From: a virus
Virus record (IMG/VR): IMGVR_UViG_3300033571_022960
Coordinates: 32,001-96,000 of that record
Reading direction: 5' to 3' (one strand)
DNA: 64,000 nt
Each line of letters starts with the position of its first letter. Position 1 is the stretch's first letter. The position numbers were made by a program, and so were the translations under genes. The notes under the pieces were generated by a model. That model worked only from the letters and a program-made list of their open reading frames with translations. It was not told where the DNA came from and did not search any database. Shown here in pieces: positions 37,664 through 47,192 of this stretch.

Positions 37664-39739
37664 ATGCCATTAAATTTAAAATCTAGAGCAAATGACCAAT
37701 TATTACAATCGGTAGAATATTATAAAAAAAAGATAGAAAATAATGAATTCCCAACTATTAAAGTAGAAGTTTTTAAATTATTCTCTGATGATATTAAGAA
37801 AAAATATATAATTCTTTCTTTAAAAAATTATAGACCTTTACAAGAACCATTTATAAAAGAACTATCAGATGAATTAAAAAATTTTTATGAATATAAAATG
37901 GTTACTTATGCAAACTTTTTTGCAAGGGATATAATATATGATAATGAAATATCTTTGAATGAAATAAAAGATTGGCATTTAAAATTCTTTAAATATCTAG
38001 GGGATGAACAAATAAAAATAATAATTACTAAAGTAATAAATTCTGATGAAGAAATTCTTGAACCATTAATAGAATTTGTTAAAGAACATAAAGAATTGTT
38101 AAATGAAGAAGATTATATAAAATTTTTAAATAAAGAATATATAAATTTTTGGTGGTCAGATGAAGAAGAAGAACTAATAATAAATTATGATAAACTATTA
38201 GAAAACACAAAAAGTTTTCTTTTAGGTAGATTAATTCAATCATCACAAATAGATAGATTACCAATAGAAAAATACCTTAAAGATTGGGGGATAATTGATT
38301 TAAAATATAAGTATGAATTTCTTGATTATATGTTAGAAAATGATAATGGTGAATTTTTTGAAAACAACCCAAATCTAATAATTGGTAATATAATAGATAA
38401 AATTATTGAATATGATATAATTGAAGATAAGGAAAATCTTTATAGGAATATGGATGATAATCAAAAAAAGTATTGGATTCAAAAAAGAATGGAATATTTT
38501 GGTTATGATGAATTGGAAGAATGGGAAAAACGAATTGCAGGATTATATCCAAAATATAAAAATCTACAACAAAAAATAAAAACAACTGGTGAATTTTTAA
38601 CTGATGATGAATTTAAAGATTTAACAAATAAACAAAAACAAATGTATTTGCAAAGACTTAAAAACGATGGTGAAGAATTAACTGATTGGGAAAAAAGGTA
38701 TTTGGGTGAAGGATTGAGTAATAAGATTAAATCTCGTGCTGGGGAACAAGAAAAACAAAGAGAAGAATATATAAATCAGATTTTAAATAAAGATTTAAAT
38801 AATATTACAAAAGAAGATATTGTTCTTTTGTTAAATATCATAAAAGAATTAACCCCTTTAAATGACCAAAAAATCATTAATAAATTTAATGAAAAAATAA
38901 TTAAATCAGTAAGTGATATATTACCAAATAATCATATTGAATATGACGAACATTTTGATGTGTTGTTTTTAACATTTTCTAATAAAAACTGTCCTTTTTG
39001 TGAAATTGAGTTTACTAATTTAACATTAAGTAAAATTTATATTACAAAAAATATAAACACATTTAAAAAAACATTTAACACTTTAGGTGAATTAATAACC
39101 TATATAAAAGAAGAAATTTTAAAACAAAATACAATGGAAGGAATAAAACTAAAAAATACCACTTTAAATGAGTCCAGAACGATTATCTCCGAAGATGTGA
39201 AGTACCACATAGAAAATGGTTTATCTTTAAACCAGAACGTTTTTAGAATAGGTTCTGAATCATATTATTCACTTATTAATGAGTGTAGAACACTTTATAA
39301 GAAAGATATTATTGAATTAAATGAATCAGATAAGGAATTGATTGAATCAGATTTAGGAAAATCAGTAAATACAACTCATGGTTGGGTTTACTTGGATTCA
39401 CCATTTTTATTGGAAGAAACAGATGAAACACTTGAAACTTGGGGAAGAATGTGCGAGGCAGAATATAAAGGAAGAAAAGTATCCTTAAATAAACCTTTTA
39501 GAAGTTCATCAGGAGGAAAAAAATATGGTGTTTATGTTAAGAATCCTGAAAGTGGAAAGGTTAAATTAATTCGTTTTGGGGATTCAAATATGAGGGTTGG
39601 AACTGGCAATAAAGAAAGAATTAAATCTTTTGTTGCACGTCATAAATGTCATGAAAAAAAGGATAAAACTAAGGCAGGTTATTGGGCATGCAGATTACCT
39701 CAATACGGTTTGGTTAAATATAAAGGTAGATTTTGGTAA
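37664..39739 (+). CDS. large late protein with a DUF6321-like basic C-terminal module
   Basis: ATATTTAT at 37637-37644; YKGRKVSLNKPFR..VYVKNP..RFGD..SFVARHKC..KAGYWAC. Confidence 0.6.
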   Translation: MPLNLKSRANDQLLQSVEYYKKKIENNEFPTIKVEVFKLFSDDIKKKYIILSLKNYRPLQEPFIKELSDELKNFYEYKMVTYANFFARDIIYDNEISLNEIKDWHLKFFKYLGDEQIKIIITKVINSDEEILEPLIEFVKEHKELLNEEDYIKFLNKEYINFWWSDEEEELIINYDKLLENTKSFLLGRLIQSSQIDRLPIEKYLKDWGIIDLKYKYEFLDYMLENDNGEFFENNPNLIIGNIIDKIIEYDIIEDKENLYRNMDDNQKKYWIQKRMEYFGYDELEEWEKRIAGLYPKYKNLQQKIKTTGEFLTDDEFKDLTNKQKQMYLQRLKNDGEELTDWEKRYLGEGLSNKIKSRAGEQEKQREEYINQILNKDLNNITKEDIVLLLNIIKELTPLNDQKIINKFNEKIIKSVSDILPNNHIEYDEHFDVLFLTFSNKNCPFCEIEFTNLTLSKIYITKNINTFKKTFNTLGELITYIKEEILKQNTMEGIKLKNTTLNESRTIISEDVKYHIENGLSLNQNVFRIGSESYYSLINECRTLYKKDIIELNESDKELIESDLGKSVNTTHGWVYLDSPFLLEETDETLETWGRMCEAEYKGRKVSLNKPFRSSSGGKKYGVYVKNPESGKVKLIRFGDSNMRVGTGNKERIKSFVARHKCHEKKDKTKAGYWACRLPQYGLVKYKGRFW

Positions 39740-40003
39740 TTATAGGTTAAAAAAATCATACCTATCCCACCTACCTGATAAACTATTATTTACTTCACTA
39801 CGTAAACCATACTTTTTTCGTATTCTATCTTCTAATTCTATACGAAAATCAGAAAAATAAGTAGTAAAATACTTATTTAAGTCACTCAAAATACTAATAT
39901 TATTTAATGATATATCTGTAACAGTTATTTCTAACGTTTCATTATATTCTTTTGCGGAATATGATACAGTACCAATTTTTTCTTTATCTTTAAAGTTTTT
40001 CAT
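39740..40003 (-). CDS. hypothetical protein
   Basis: 87 aa. Confidence 0.5.
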   Translation of the reverse strand: MKNFKDKEKIGTVSYSAKEYNETLEITVTDISLNNISILSDLNKYFTTYFSDFRIELEDRIRKKYGLRSEVNNSLSGRWDRYDFFNL

Positions 40004-40022
40004 AACTTATTTTTTAAAAAGA

Positions 40023-40053
40023 AACCGTTGCACCAACTAAGGTAACAACGGTT
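40023..40053 (-). terminator. intrinsic terminator (minus strand)
   Basis: AACCGTTG..CAACGGTT stem followed on the minus strand by TCTTTTT. Confidence 0.55.
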
Positions 40054-40080
40054 AAAAAACAACAACACAAACCTTATATT

Positions 40081-40542
40081 TTATTGATTAAAATCAACAT
40101 CACATTTTTTCCAAAATTCTGCAAGACCACCTTCACCAACATATTCAACAATCACCTTTAATGGTTCTTTTGTTGGGTCTTTTGATAAAACAAAAAATGA
40201 ATCGAAATCATTTTCTTCTTTAGTGTGTAAAAAGACATTTAAATATTTATGTGGTTTTTCTTCAATTACAATTTGATAAACTGGTAAAAATTCTATATTT
40301 TCTTTTAGAATTTTTTCTTGAATATCAGATTCTAATACTTTTTCGTTTAAATTTTCCGCATATTTACTTAACAAAACAAAGTGTAAGGTGGTACAACCAA
40401 ACATAGTTTCTTTATAATCTTCCATATTGTTTTGATGTAAATAATCAAACAATTGTTCAAATAGTTTATTTGCTCCAGCATTTTGTGGGTAAGGTGAAAC
40501 TTTTTCGTGTTCTGTGTTACCGATTGTAATTTTTAATTCCAT
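40081..40542 (-). CDS. hypothetical protein
   Basis: 153 aa; minus-strand promoter TTTG-N20-TATACTTA at 40598-40567. Confidence 0.6.
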   Translation of the reverse strand: MELKITIGNTEHEKVSPYPQNAGANKLFEQLFDYLHQNNMEDYKETMFGCTTLHFVLLSKYAENLNEKVLESDIQEKILKENIEFLPVYQIVIEEKPHKYLNVFLHTKEENDFDSFFVLSKDPTKEPLKVIVEYVGEGGLAEFWKKCDVDFNQ

Positions 40543-40617
40543 TTTATCTTTTTTTTTTGATTTTTATAAGTATAAACAATTTTTTTTTAAAAATCAAATA
40601 TTTATATAGAAAAATTT

Positions 40618-40866
40618 ATGGCAAAATACAAAATAACAGAAAGACAATTAAATTTTGTTAGAGAAAACTTGAATATAAAATCTACTGTAAAACCAGAGGA
40701 TAGTGAAAATGTTAAAACACCCAATCCTGATTTTATGTCAACAAAAGATGTTGAAATAGAATTAAAAGAAGTTATTCAAAAAGTCATAAATAAATTTAAA
40801 TACATCCCTAAAATAGAAAAAGAAAATTTTAAAAAAGAATTAGATATTTTCCTTTCTAAATTTTAA
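40618..40866 (+). CDS. hypothetical late protein
   Basis: ATATTTAT at 40598-40605; MAKYKITERQLNFVRE. Confidence 0.55.
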   Translation: MAKYKITERQLNFVRENLNIKSTVKPEDSENVKTPNPDFMSTKDVEIELKEVIQKVINKFKYIPKIEKENFKKELDIFLSKF

Positions 40867-40896
40867 TTTTCTACATTATTATTTATATTTCTTCCC

Positions 40897-41457
40897 ATGA
40901 AAATTGGGATTATTACTCAAAAGGAATTTAAATTATTTAATGAATACCCTTTACTATTTGAATATGGTGAATCCGATTACAATTTAATAATTGGTTATAA
41001 TCTGGCAAAAGAATTAAATAAAAACACCAGTTTTTTAAATAATAAAATAAATAATAATACTTACTGGGTTTGGAGTGATGAAGAAAAACCTACTGATTCA
41101 AAAAAATTAACAATTAATATAATAAAACTTATAATTGAAGAAATTATTAAGAATACAGAATATAAGGTGGTTGACCCAATCATTAATAAAATAACCAAAG
41201 AAAGTATAAAAAATTATTTCGCAAATAAAAATATAAACTACTACACCAAAATTGATAGAATGTTATTTCTTTATTATGAAAAGGAAATATTTGGTTTTGA
41301 TTTGGAAGTTTTTAAATGGATGGATTGGAATATAAAGGAATTAATTGATTTTAAACCGTTAAAACCTTTTTTAATTGATGATAAATATTTGGATTTATTT
41401 ACTGAAAAAAATAAAAAATATATACCAATTTTCTACAGTAGTTTAAATAGAAAATAA
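40897..41457 (+). CDS. hypothetical protein
   Basis: 186 aa. Confidence 0.55.
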   Translation: MKIGIITQKEFKLFNEYPLLFEYGESDYNLIIGYNLAKELNKNTSFLNNKINNNTYWVWSDEEKPTDSKKLTINIIKLIIEEIIKNTEYKVVDPIINKITKESIKNYFANKNINYYTKIDRMLFLYYEKEIFGFDLEVFKWMDWNIKELIDFKPLKPFLIDDKYLDLFTEKNKKYIPIFYSSLNRK

Positions 41458-41783
41458 TTACCTGTATATAAACCACTATAATACTCTTCTAAATAAAATT
41501 TTAAATTAGATGGAATATGTATTGAATATAGTCCTTTTCTAGCACCATTGCCAACATAACACATTTTATAAAATAAAATAACCCTATTTTTACTTTTTAA
41601 AATATTAAAATCTTTTTTATTAATTTTTATACTTAAACCCAAATGACATTGCCCAAAACATTCTATTTCTGGATAAACATTTAAATTTTCTTTAAATAAA
41701 TCAATATCTAAAAAAGAGTTATTTACGTTAAAGAAACCGTTATTTGATTTTTGTAGATTAGTTATTGTTTTTTGCAAGTTCAT
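41433..41783 (-). CDS. MxLxKT-family small protein
   Basis: MNLQKTITNLQKSNNGFFN..DLFKEN. Confidence 0.7.
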   Translation of the reverse strand: MNLQKTITNLQKSNNGFFNVNNSFLDIDLFKENLNVYPEIECFGQCHLGLSIKINKKDFNILKSKNRVILFYKMCYVGNGARKGLYSIHIPSNLKFYLEEYYSGLYTGNYFLFKLL

Positions 41784-41812
41784 ATTCTCCGATAAAAAGT
41801 TGATAGGATAAA
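41744..41812. repeat. 69-bp perfect inverted repeat, partner 47138-47206
   Basis: Base-by-base reverse complement match. Confidence 0.9.
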
Positions 41813-42111
41813 TTCATAATACCTGTATTTAATTTATTTTTAAAAAAATATAAAATTTCAGCATGTTGATTCACCCATCCTTCGGGTCTAATCACTTGTT
41901 CTACTTTTATTTGAATTTTATAACAACAAGAATTACCATTATCTTCTAAATTATTCCTATTTATTAGAAATACATTATATTCTCTATGTCCGTTTTTATA
42001 CTTATAAAGTAAATTAACTTTAAAAGTATCAAAATTAACAAAAAAATTTTCCATATTAAAAAAACCTGTTTTTGATTTTTTTAAATTATTTAATGTTTTT
42101 TGTAAGTTCAT
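41758..42111 (-). CDS. MxLxKT-family small protein
   Basis: MNLQKTLNNLKKSKTGFFNMENFFVNFDTFK..LSYQLFIGEYELAKNNN. Confidence 0.7.
   Translation of the reverse strand: MNLQKTLNNLKKSKTGFFNMENFFVNFDTFKVNLLYKYKNGHREYNVFLINRNNLEDNGNSCCYKIQIKVEQVIRPEGWVNQHAEILYFFKNKLNTGIMNLSYQLFIGEYELAKNNN
42003..42101. repeat. 99-bp inverted repeat (3 mismatches), partner 46882-46980
   Basis: Base-by-base comparison. Confidence 0.85.
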
Positions 42112-42271
42112 TTATCAATTTTTTTGCAGATTCTTTAAACTCTTCTTCTGTATATTCAGATTTTGGATAATATTTCACAATAACACCATCACCCATTAAA
42201 AGAAAAGAATCTTTATTATTGATTCCTTTACCCTCTGATAGTTTATATATTCTGTTTATAGATTTTTTCAT
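42086..42271 (-). CDS. hypothetical protein
   Basis: 61 aa. Confidence 0.5.
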   Translation of the reverse strand: MKKSINRIYKLSEGKGINNKDSFLLMGDGVIVKYYPKSEYTEEEFKESAKKLINELTKNIK

Positions 42272-42440
42272 GTAAATAATAATAAATTAAAACTGTAAGA
42301 ATAATTGGATTTAAAAAACAAAATAATAAAATTCTAAAAGGTTCATTTTCTTTTATAGCATACTCAATAGTTGTAAAAAACACCACAAAAAATAAAATTG
42401 AATATAAAATAATTAAAAATGTTATTAAACTAATAAACAT
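42243..42440 (-). CDS. small membrane protein
   Basis: Two hydrophobic segments; promoter TTTG-N20-TAAATTAG at 42485-42454. Confidence 0.55.
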   Translation of the reverse strand: MFISLITFLIILYSILFFVVFFTTIEYAIKENEPFRILLFCFLNPIILTVLIYYYLHEKIYKQNI

Positions 42441-42574
42441 GGATTTTTTTTTACTAATTTAATAATTTTTTTTTAAAAAATCAAATTTTTATTAGAAAAC
42501 AAAATATGATATATTTATTAAATAAAAATAGTACTATTTAGTACCTTAATAAAAAAAGAAAAAAATAAGTAAAT

Positions 42575-43078
42575 ATGGCAAATTTAATAAATCCAATGCC
42601 AGGTAGTTTTGGAACTGCTAGTTTTGAACCGTTGAGGAAGAATAGATTCTTCTTGAGATTTGATTCTGCTCTTGGTATTGCAGAATGGTATGTTTCTACT
42701 GCTGAAAGACCTAAATTAAAGATAGATGAAACTGAAATTCAATACCTGAATGGTTCTACTTGGGTTGCAGGTAGGGCAGTCTGGGAGCCTATTACTGTTG
42801 TATTAAGAGACCCGATTGGTCCTAGTGCTACTCAAGCAACAATAGAGTGGGTTCGTTTGTGCTACGAAAGTGTAACAAATCGAAGCGGTTACGCAACTGG
42901 TTACAAGCGTAATGTTGATTTAGAAATGTTAGACCCAACAGGAGTACCAGTACAAAGATGGGTTTTACAAGGTACCTGGATTTCAAACGCAGATTATGGT
43001 AATTTAGATTACTCAAGTAGCGATATTGCTGATATAACTCTAAATTTGCGTTTTGACCGAGCAATTAACGTTTTTTAA
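42575..43078 (+). CDS. tail tube protein (T4 gp19-like)
   Basis: FEPLRKNRF..WEPITVVLRDPI..LEMLDPTG..QRWVLQG..YGNLDY; GC-richer highly expressed codon usage; ATATTTAT at 42511. Confidence 0.85.
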   Translation: MANLINPMPGSFGTASFEPLRKNRFFLRFDSALGIAEWYVSTAERPKLKIDETEIQYLNGSTWVAGRAVWEPITVVLRDPIGPSATQATIEWVRLCYESVTNRSGYATGYKRNVDLEMLDPTGVPVQRWVLQGTWISNADYGNLDYSSSDIADITLNLRFDRAINVF

Positions 43079-43096
43079 TTTTTTATCAATATATTT

Positions 43097-43128
43097 AAAA
43101 CCCATGCAAAGTTTGCATGGGTTTTTTT
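43097..43128 (+). terminator. intrinsic terminator after the tube gene
   Basis: AAAACCCATGCAAAGTTTGCATGGGTTTTTTT. Confidence 0.85.
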
Positions 43129-43216
43129 ATTTACTTTATATTAAAAATTCTTAAATTTAATTATGATTCAATGTAATGAATGTGTTAAAGAATTCAAAAA
43201 CTAACAAAAATAATAT

Positions 43217-44224
43217 ATGCAAACTAATCAAACTAATCCTATAATGCCCTTTTTAGAAGAAGAATTCAAATCCTTCAACATAGAACCCTTTACAGAAGTA
43301 GAATTCAAACCAGATGAATATATTAAAGAAATAGAACAACAATTTCGTGATGGAATGACATGGGAAAATTATAATAAATTGTGGAAATTAATTTTTATTT
43401 TACCAAAAGAAACCTTCAATTTCAAAGATAATTTTTATAGAAGTTTAAAACAATATTTTTCAATAAATAATCTTTATCCAATATATATTGATGAAACAAT
43501 AGAATACCCAGAAAATTTCCATTCAACTTGTTACCAGTATAAAACAAGATTTCAATCACAATATAAAGAAAAAAATATAATTGATTTTAATCCAGATAAT
43601 GCAAATCTGAATAATACAATAATAAGGGAAATTTCTAAAAAAGAATGTACAAAGGTTGTTGAAAAATATGAATGGTTGGGTAAAATGAGTGGGTTTTCAA
43701 AATACCATTTTGGAATATATTTTTTAATTGATGGAAAAGAATATCTTGGTGGGGTTCTTGCATTTCAAAATGACTATGGTGAAAATACTGATGTATGGAA
43801 AAAGTATGACTTTAAAGGTGATATGATTTTATTAAGTAGAGGAGTTTGTTTATGGTGGACACCAAAGAATACTGCATCTTATTTTATATCGAAAACTTAT
43901 AAATGGTTTTTGGATAACACAAATTATAGAATTTTAACTGCAACTACTGATTCAAGTGCAGGTGAAAGTGGGGTAATTTATTCTGCATTAAATTGGTTGG
44001 GTCTTGATATGAATAAACAAAAAACAAGAACTTCTGTAATAATTGATGGTAAAGAATATTCTGGTCGTTATATGAGAAAAAAATATGGAACAATGAAGGA
44101 AAGTATTATAAAGGAAAAATTTCCTAATGCAAGATTTGTAAAAAGTCCAAGAAAAATTAGATATTTTTATTTTATTGGTAAAGATAAAAAGTATAATAAA
44201 ATGAAGTTATTAAGTTATTCGTAA
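43217..44224 (+). CDS. Mom-like (GNAT-fold) DNA modification protein
   Basis: IREISKKE..LSRGVCLWWTPKNTASYFIS..TATTDSSAGESGVIYSALNW resembles the Mu Mom family. Confidence 0.65.
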   Translation: MQTNQTNPIMPFLEEEFKSFNIEPFTEVEFKPDEYIKEIEQQFRDGMTWENYNKLWKLIFILPKETFNFKDNFYRSLKQYFSINNLYPIYIDETIEYPENFHSTCYQYKTRFQSQYKEKNIIDFNPDNANLNNTIIREISKKECTKVVEKYEWLGKMSGFSKYHFGIYFLIDGKEYLGGVLAFQNDYGENTDVWKKYDFKGDMILLSRGVCLWWTPKNTASYFISKTYKWFLDNTNYRILTATTDSSAGESGVIYSALNWLGLDMNKQKTRTSVIIDGKEYSGRYMRKKYGTMKESIIKEKFPNARFVKSPRKIRYFYFIGKDKKYNKMKLLSYS

Positions 44225-44505
44225 TATAAACAATAATCTAATAAAGAATCATCTGATAAAAGAATGTTTTTAAAACAATAAACATCACTAAAAAAATCTA
44301 TTTCTATAATCAGATTAAGTTGGTTATGTTTAAAACCTGCACTGTTAATAAAAAATTCTTCTCTAAGTTCAAATGAATCATAATATTTTAAAACTGTATC
44401 ATTCCTTAATAAATCAAAATTAATCCATATTCTACCTTTATTTTGCAAATTAAAGAAAAAATTATGTGATTTCTTTAAATTTATTAATGTTTTTTGTAAC
44501 TTCAT
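44215..44505 (-). CDS. MxLxKT-family small protein
   Basis: MKLQKTLINLKKSHNFFFN..IWINFDLLR. Confidence 0.7.
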   Translation of the reverse strand: MKLQKTLINLKKSHNFFFNLQNKGRIWINFDLLRNDTVLKYYDSFELREEFFINSAGFKHNQLNLIIEIDFFSDVYCFKNILLSDDSLLDYCLYYE

Positions 44506-44834
44506 TTATTAAATTTTTTATAATATAAATTATAATGTTTGGATAATTTATTTATATTATTTTTATGAAAATAATAACTTTTATTATTAATTATAAAACT
44601 ATATTGGGATTTAAAAGTAAAATCTGAAACTATAATATTATTCTTTTTAATATATAAAGGATAAGGTAGTAATTCTTTATTACAAACACCATCCATAATC
44701 CACATAAAAGTTCTATATTTAAAAATATCATAATTGATTGGAATAATAGGGTTATCATCATAAGGATTTATAAATAATCCAAATGGATAATCTTTAGTTT
44801 GTTTTAGATTTTTTAGTGTTCTTTTTAAATCCAT
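44502..44834 (-). CDS. MxLxKT-family small protein
   Basis: MDLKRTLKNLKQTKDYPF..INYDIFK. Confidence 0.65.
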   Translation of the reverse strand: MDLKRTLKNLKQTKDYPFGLFINPYDDNPIIPINYDIFKYRTFMWIMDGVCNKELLPYPLYIKKNNIIVSDFTFKSQYSFIINNKSYYFHKNNINKLSKHYNLYYKKFNK

Positions 44835-45112
44835 ACCGTTTTTTCCATTATTTTAATTACTTTTTCATCAAAAATAAAACCATATTTATAATAGTTTTTA
44901 AGTGAATTTAAAAGTTTTTCGTTTGTATCAGATTTGTTAATAATATATGCAATGATTATTCTATCAGAATCCTTTAATTCACTTTTATTTATTAAACCAA
45001 CCAATTCATTGATAAAAAGTTTATATTCATCCTGATTTAATTCAACAATTCTTATAAATTTTTTTAAAATATCATCCCTTTTTTGGGTTTTATATAGATT
45101 TATATTACTCAT
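44825..45112 (-). CDS. hypothetical protein
   Basis: 95 aa. Confidence 0.5.
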   Translation of the reverse strand: MSNINLYKTQKRDDILKKFIRIVELNQDEYKLFINELVGLINKSELKDSDRIIIAYIINKSDTNEKLLNSLKNYYKYGFIFDEKVIKIMEKTVWI

Positions 45113-45115
45113 AAG

Positions 45116-45373
45116 TTAATGAAAATAAAAGAAATAAATTAAAGTTTTAGATGGTTTTATATTTGGAATTTGATTTCTAAAAACAAATTTACCATCAAAT
45201 TCTTTGTTAATTTTTATATTTTTTAAACCAGTAGAATCATAAGTAGTAGGTATTATTGATTTTAATTCCATACCAATTTTCAATAAATCATGGTTAACCC
45301 AAACATCTTTAGGAATATTAAAGAAAGAATTATTTGATTTTTCTAAATTTATTAATGTTTTATTTAATTTCAT
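45116..45373 (-). CDS. MxLxKT-family small protein
   Basis: ATG 45373: MKLNKTLINLEKSNNSFFN..VWVNHDLLK. Confidence 0.7.
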   Translation of the reverse strand: MKLNKTLINLEKSNNSFFNIPKDVWVNHDLLKIGMELKSIIPTTYDSTGLKNIKINKEFDGKFVFRNQIPNIKPSKTLIYFFYFH

Positions 45374-45689
45374 AATATAATTCTTTGTTATGGTCATAAG
45401 ATGGATTAATAAAGTATTTATTGCCAAATAATGTAAAATAACATCTAACCCCATTAACCCCATTATATTTATTAAAACGTATTTCGGATAAATTTAAATA
45501 AATTGTTTCTTTAATCGTTTTTAAACGATTATCACTAACCAAAAAATTTGAATTATTTCTAAGTATATCCAAAGAATTAATTTTTAAATATTCTTTATTA
45601 AGAAAAGATATTTTAAACTCACTTTTACCCAAATTAAAAGGATATTTTTTTGATTTCCTTAAATTTTCAATAGTTTTTTCTAAGTCCAT
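45360..45689 (-). CDS. MxLxKT-family small protein
   Basis: ATG 45689: MDLEKTIENLRKSKKYPFN. Confidence 0.7.
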   Translation of the reverse strand: MDLEKTIENLRKSKKYPFNLGKSEFKISFLNKEYLKINSLDILRNNSNFLVSDNRLKTIKETIYLNLSEIRFNKYNGVNGVRCYFTLFGNKYFINPSYDHNKELYYEIK

Positions 45690-45694
45690 ATTAA

Positions 45695-45742
45695 TAAATT
45701 TAAGAAAAATAATTGAATTTTTCAAATCTATGGTTATATTTG
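45695..45742. promoter_or_regulatory. overlapping divergent Bacteroidota-type promoters
   Basis: Plus: ATTG-N19-TATATTTG (45712-45742); minus: TTTG-N20-TAAATTTA (45726-45695). Confidence 0.55.
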
Positions 45743-45761
45743 TTAAAAATATTAATAAAAT

Positions 45762-45968
45762 ATGAAAAAACTTTATGATGCAATTCTTCTTCACTATATG
45801 AGTGAAAAACAAAAATCTCTTGCACATCTTGAAATTCTTTTTAAGAATCCATGTGGAATTGGTGAACACTCTGATATTTTGGAAGAGGTTAAAAAATGGG
45901 TTGAAATTGGTGCAAATGCAGATGATTGTATTAATTTCTTAAAAACTGAATTTAAAATTGAGGAATAA
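45762..45968 (+). CDS. conserved small phage protein
   Basis: NPCGIGEHSDILEEV. Confidence 0.6.
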   Translation: MKKLYDAILLHYMSEKQKSLAHLEILFKNPCGIGEHSDILEEVKKWVEIGANADDCINFLKTEFKIEE

Positions 45969-45971
45969 AAT

Positions 45972-46148
45972 ATGAACGAACAAACATTGGAACAAAAGTT
46001 GGATATTATGTATAATCTAACCAAACAAGTAAATTTAAAATATGATGAACATGCAATTTTGCAACAATATTATCAGGAATTAAAAAATTACTTTAAACAA
46101 GAAGGTTCAAAAAAAGAAATAAAAAATACTGTTGAAGATGTTAATTGA
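45972..46148 (+). CDS. small hypothetical protein (58 aa, not in the track)
   Basis: MNEQTLEQKLDIMY..VEDVN translated by hand. Confidence 0.5.
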   Translation: MNEQTLEQKLDIMYNLTKQVNLKYDEHAILQQYYQELKNYFKQEGSKKEIKNTVEDVN

Positions 46149-46356
46149 AAAAAAATATAATACAAATTTTTATCCTAAAGTTGGTGATAAATATTTTAAT
46201 GGTGAAAAAATATTTATTAAAGGTGTAGGTGTTAGACTTAAAAAGTCAAGATTTTATGATGAGTGTTATATTGTTTTTGATAAAAATTATTTTATTGCAA
46301 AGGATGGGAAAGGTAACTGGATTAATGGAAAATTAACAAAAAAACCTTTAATGTGA
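46138..46356 (+). CDS. hypothetical protein
   Basis: Coupled to neighbours. Confidence 0.5.
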   Translation: MLIEKKYNTNFYPKVGDKYFNGEKIFIKGVGVRLKKSRFYDECYIVFDKNYFIAKDGKGNWINGKLTKKPLM

Positions 46357-46862
46357 AAACAAGAATAATCAATCTTTTTGGGGGTCCAAATTGTGGAAAA
46401 TCAACAATTGCATCGGGATTATTTTATAATCTTAAAATTCTTGATATTAATTCAGAACTTATATCAGAATATGCAAAAATTAAGGTTTGGGAAGGAAATG
46501 AAAAAACCTTAAAAAATCAAATATATTTGTTTGCAAAACAACATTTTGCAATTCATAATGTATTGGGTTTGGTTGATTTTGTCATAATGGATTCCCCACT
46601 ACTTTTAAATCCGATATACGATAAACAACAATGTGAAATCTTTAAAACACTTTGTTTATCAGAACATAATAAATTAAATAATATTAATTTCTTTATTAAA
46701 AGAAATGATAAAACTTTTCAGGAAATTGGAAGAATTCATAATTTAAAACAATCAGAAGTTTTGGATAAACAAATAAAAGATTTTCTTGAAAACAATCAAA
46801 TTGATTACTATGAAGTAACAAATCTTGAGGAAATACTTGAAAAATTAAAAAATTTTCTTTAA
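46353..46862 (+). CDS. NadR-type / AAA_28 P-loop kinase
   Basis: INLFGGPNCGKST, ISEYAK, IMDSPLL. Confidence 0.8.
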   Translation: MKTRIINLFGGPNCGKSTIASGLFYNLKILDINSELISEYAKIKVWEGNEKTLKNQIYLFAKQHFAIHNVLGLVDFVIMDSPLLLNPIYDKQQCEIFKTLCLSEHNKLNNINFFIKRNDKTFQEIGRIHNLKQSEVLDKQIKDFLENNQIDYYEVTNLEEILEKLKNFL

Positions 46863-46871
46863 TTTTATATT

Positions 46872-47192
46872 ATGGATTTGGAAAAAACATTAAATAATTT
46901 AAAAAAATCAAAAACAGGTTTTTTTAATATGGATAATTTTTTTGTTAATTTTGATACTTTTAAACTTAACTTACTTTATAGATATAAAATATACGGTAGA
47001 GAATATTTTAACATAATATCTCAAAACGTGAATTTAGAATATGGTGGTGAGTCATGTTATAGATTTACACAAGAACTTGTACATGAAAGACATGTTTTAT
47101 ATATTTTTAAAAATAAATTTTTCAAAGAAACAATGACTTTATCCTATCAACTTTTTATCGGAGAATATGAACTTGCAAAAAACAATAACTAA
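46872..47192 (+). CDS. MxLxKT-family small protein (recent paralog of 41758-42111)
   Basis: Near-identical ends, diverged middle. Confidence 0.7.
   Translation: MDLEKTLNNLKKSKTGFFNMDNFFVNFDTFKLNLLYRYKIYGREYFNIISQNVNLEYGGESCYRFTQELVHERHVLYIFKNKFFKETMTLSYQLFIGEYELAKNNN

Noticed and set aside
41743-42102. Antisense promoters inside the MxLxKT N-termini (TTTG-N20-GTTTTTTG on the opposite strand)
   Set aside because: The -7 box lacks the required TA, and the TTTGATTTT match follows from K-S-K codons in an AT-rich genome.
43163-43204. 13-codon ORF MIQCNECVKEFKN upstream of the Mom-like gene as a frameshifted N-terminus
   Set aside because: No single shift cleanly joins it to the 43217 frame, and it is too short to support a call.
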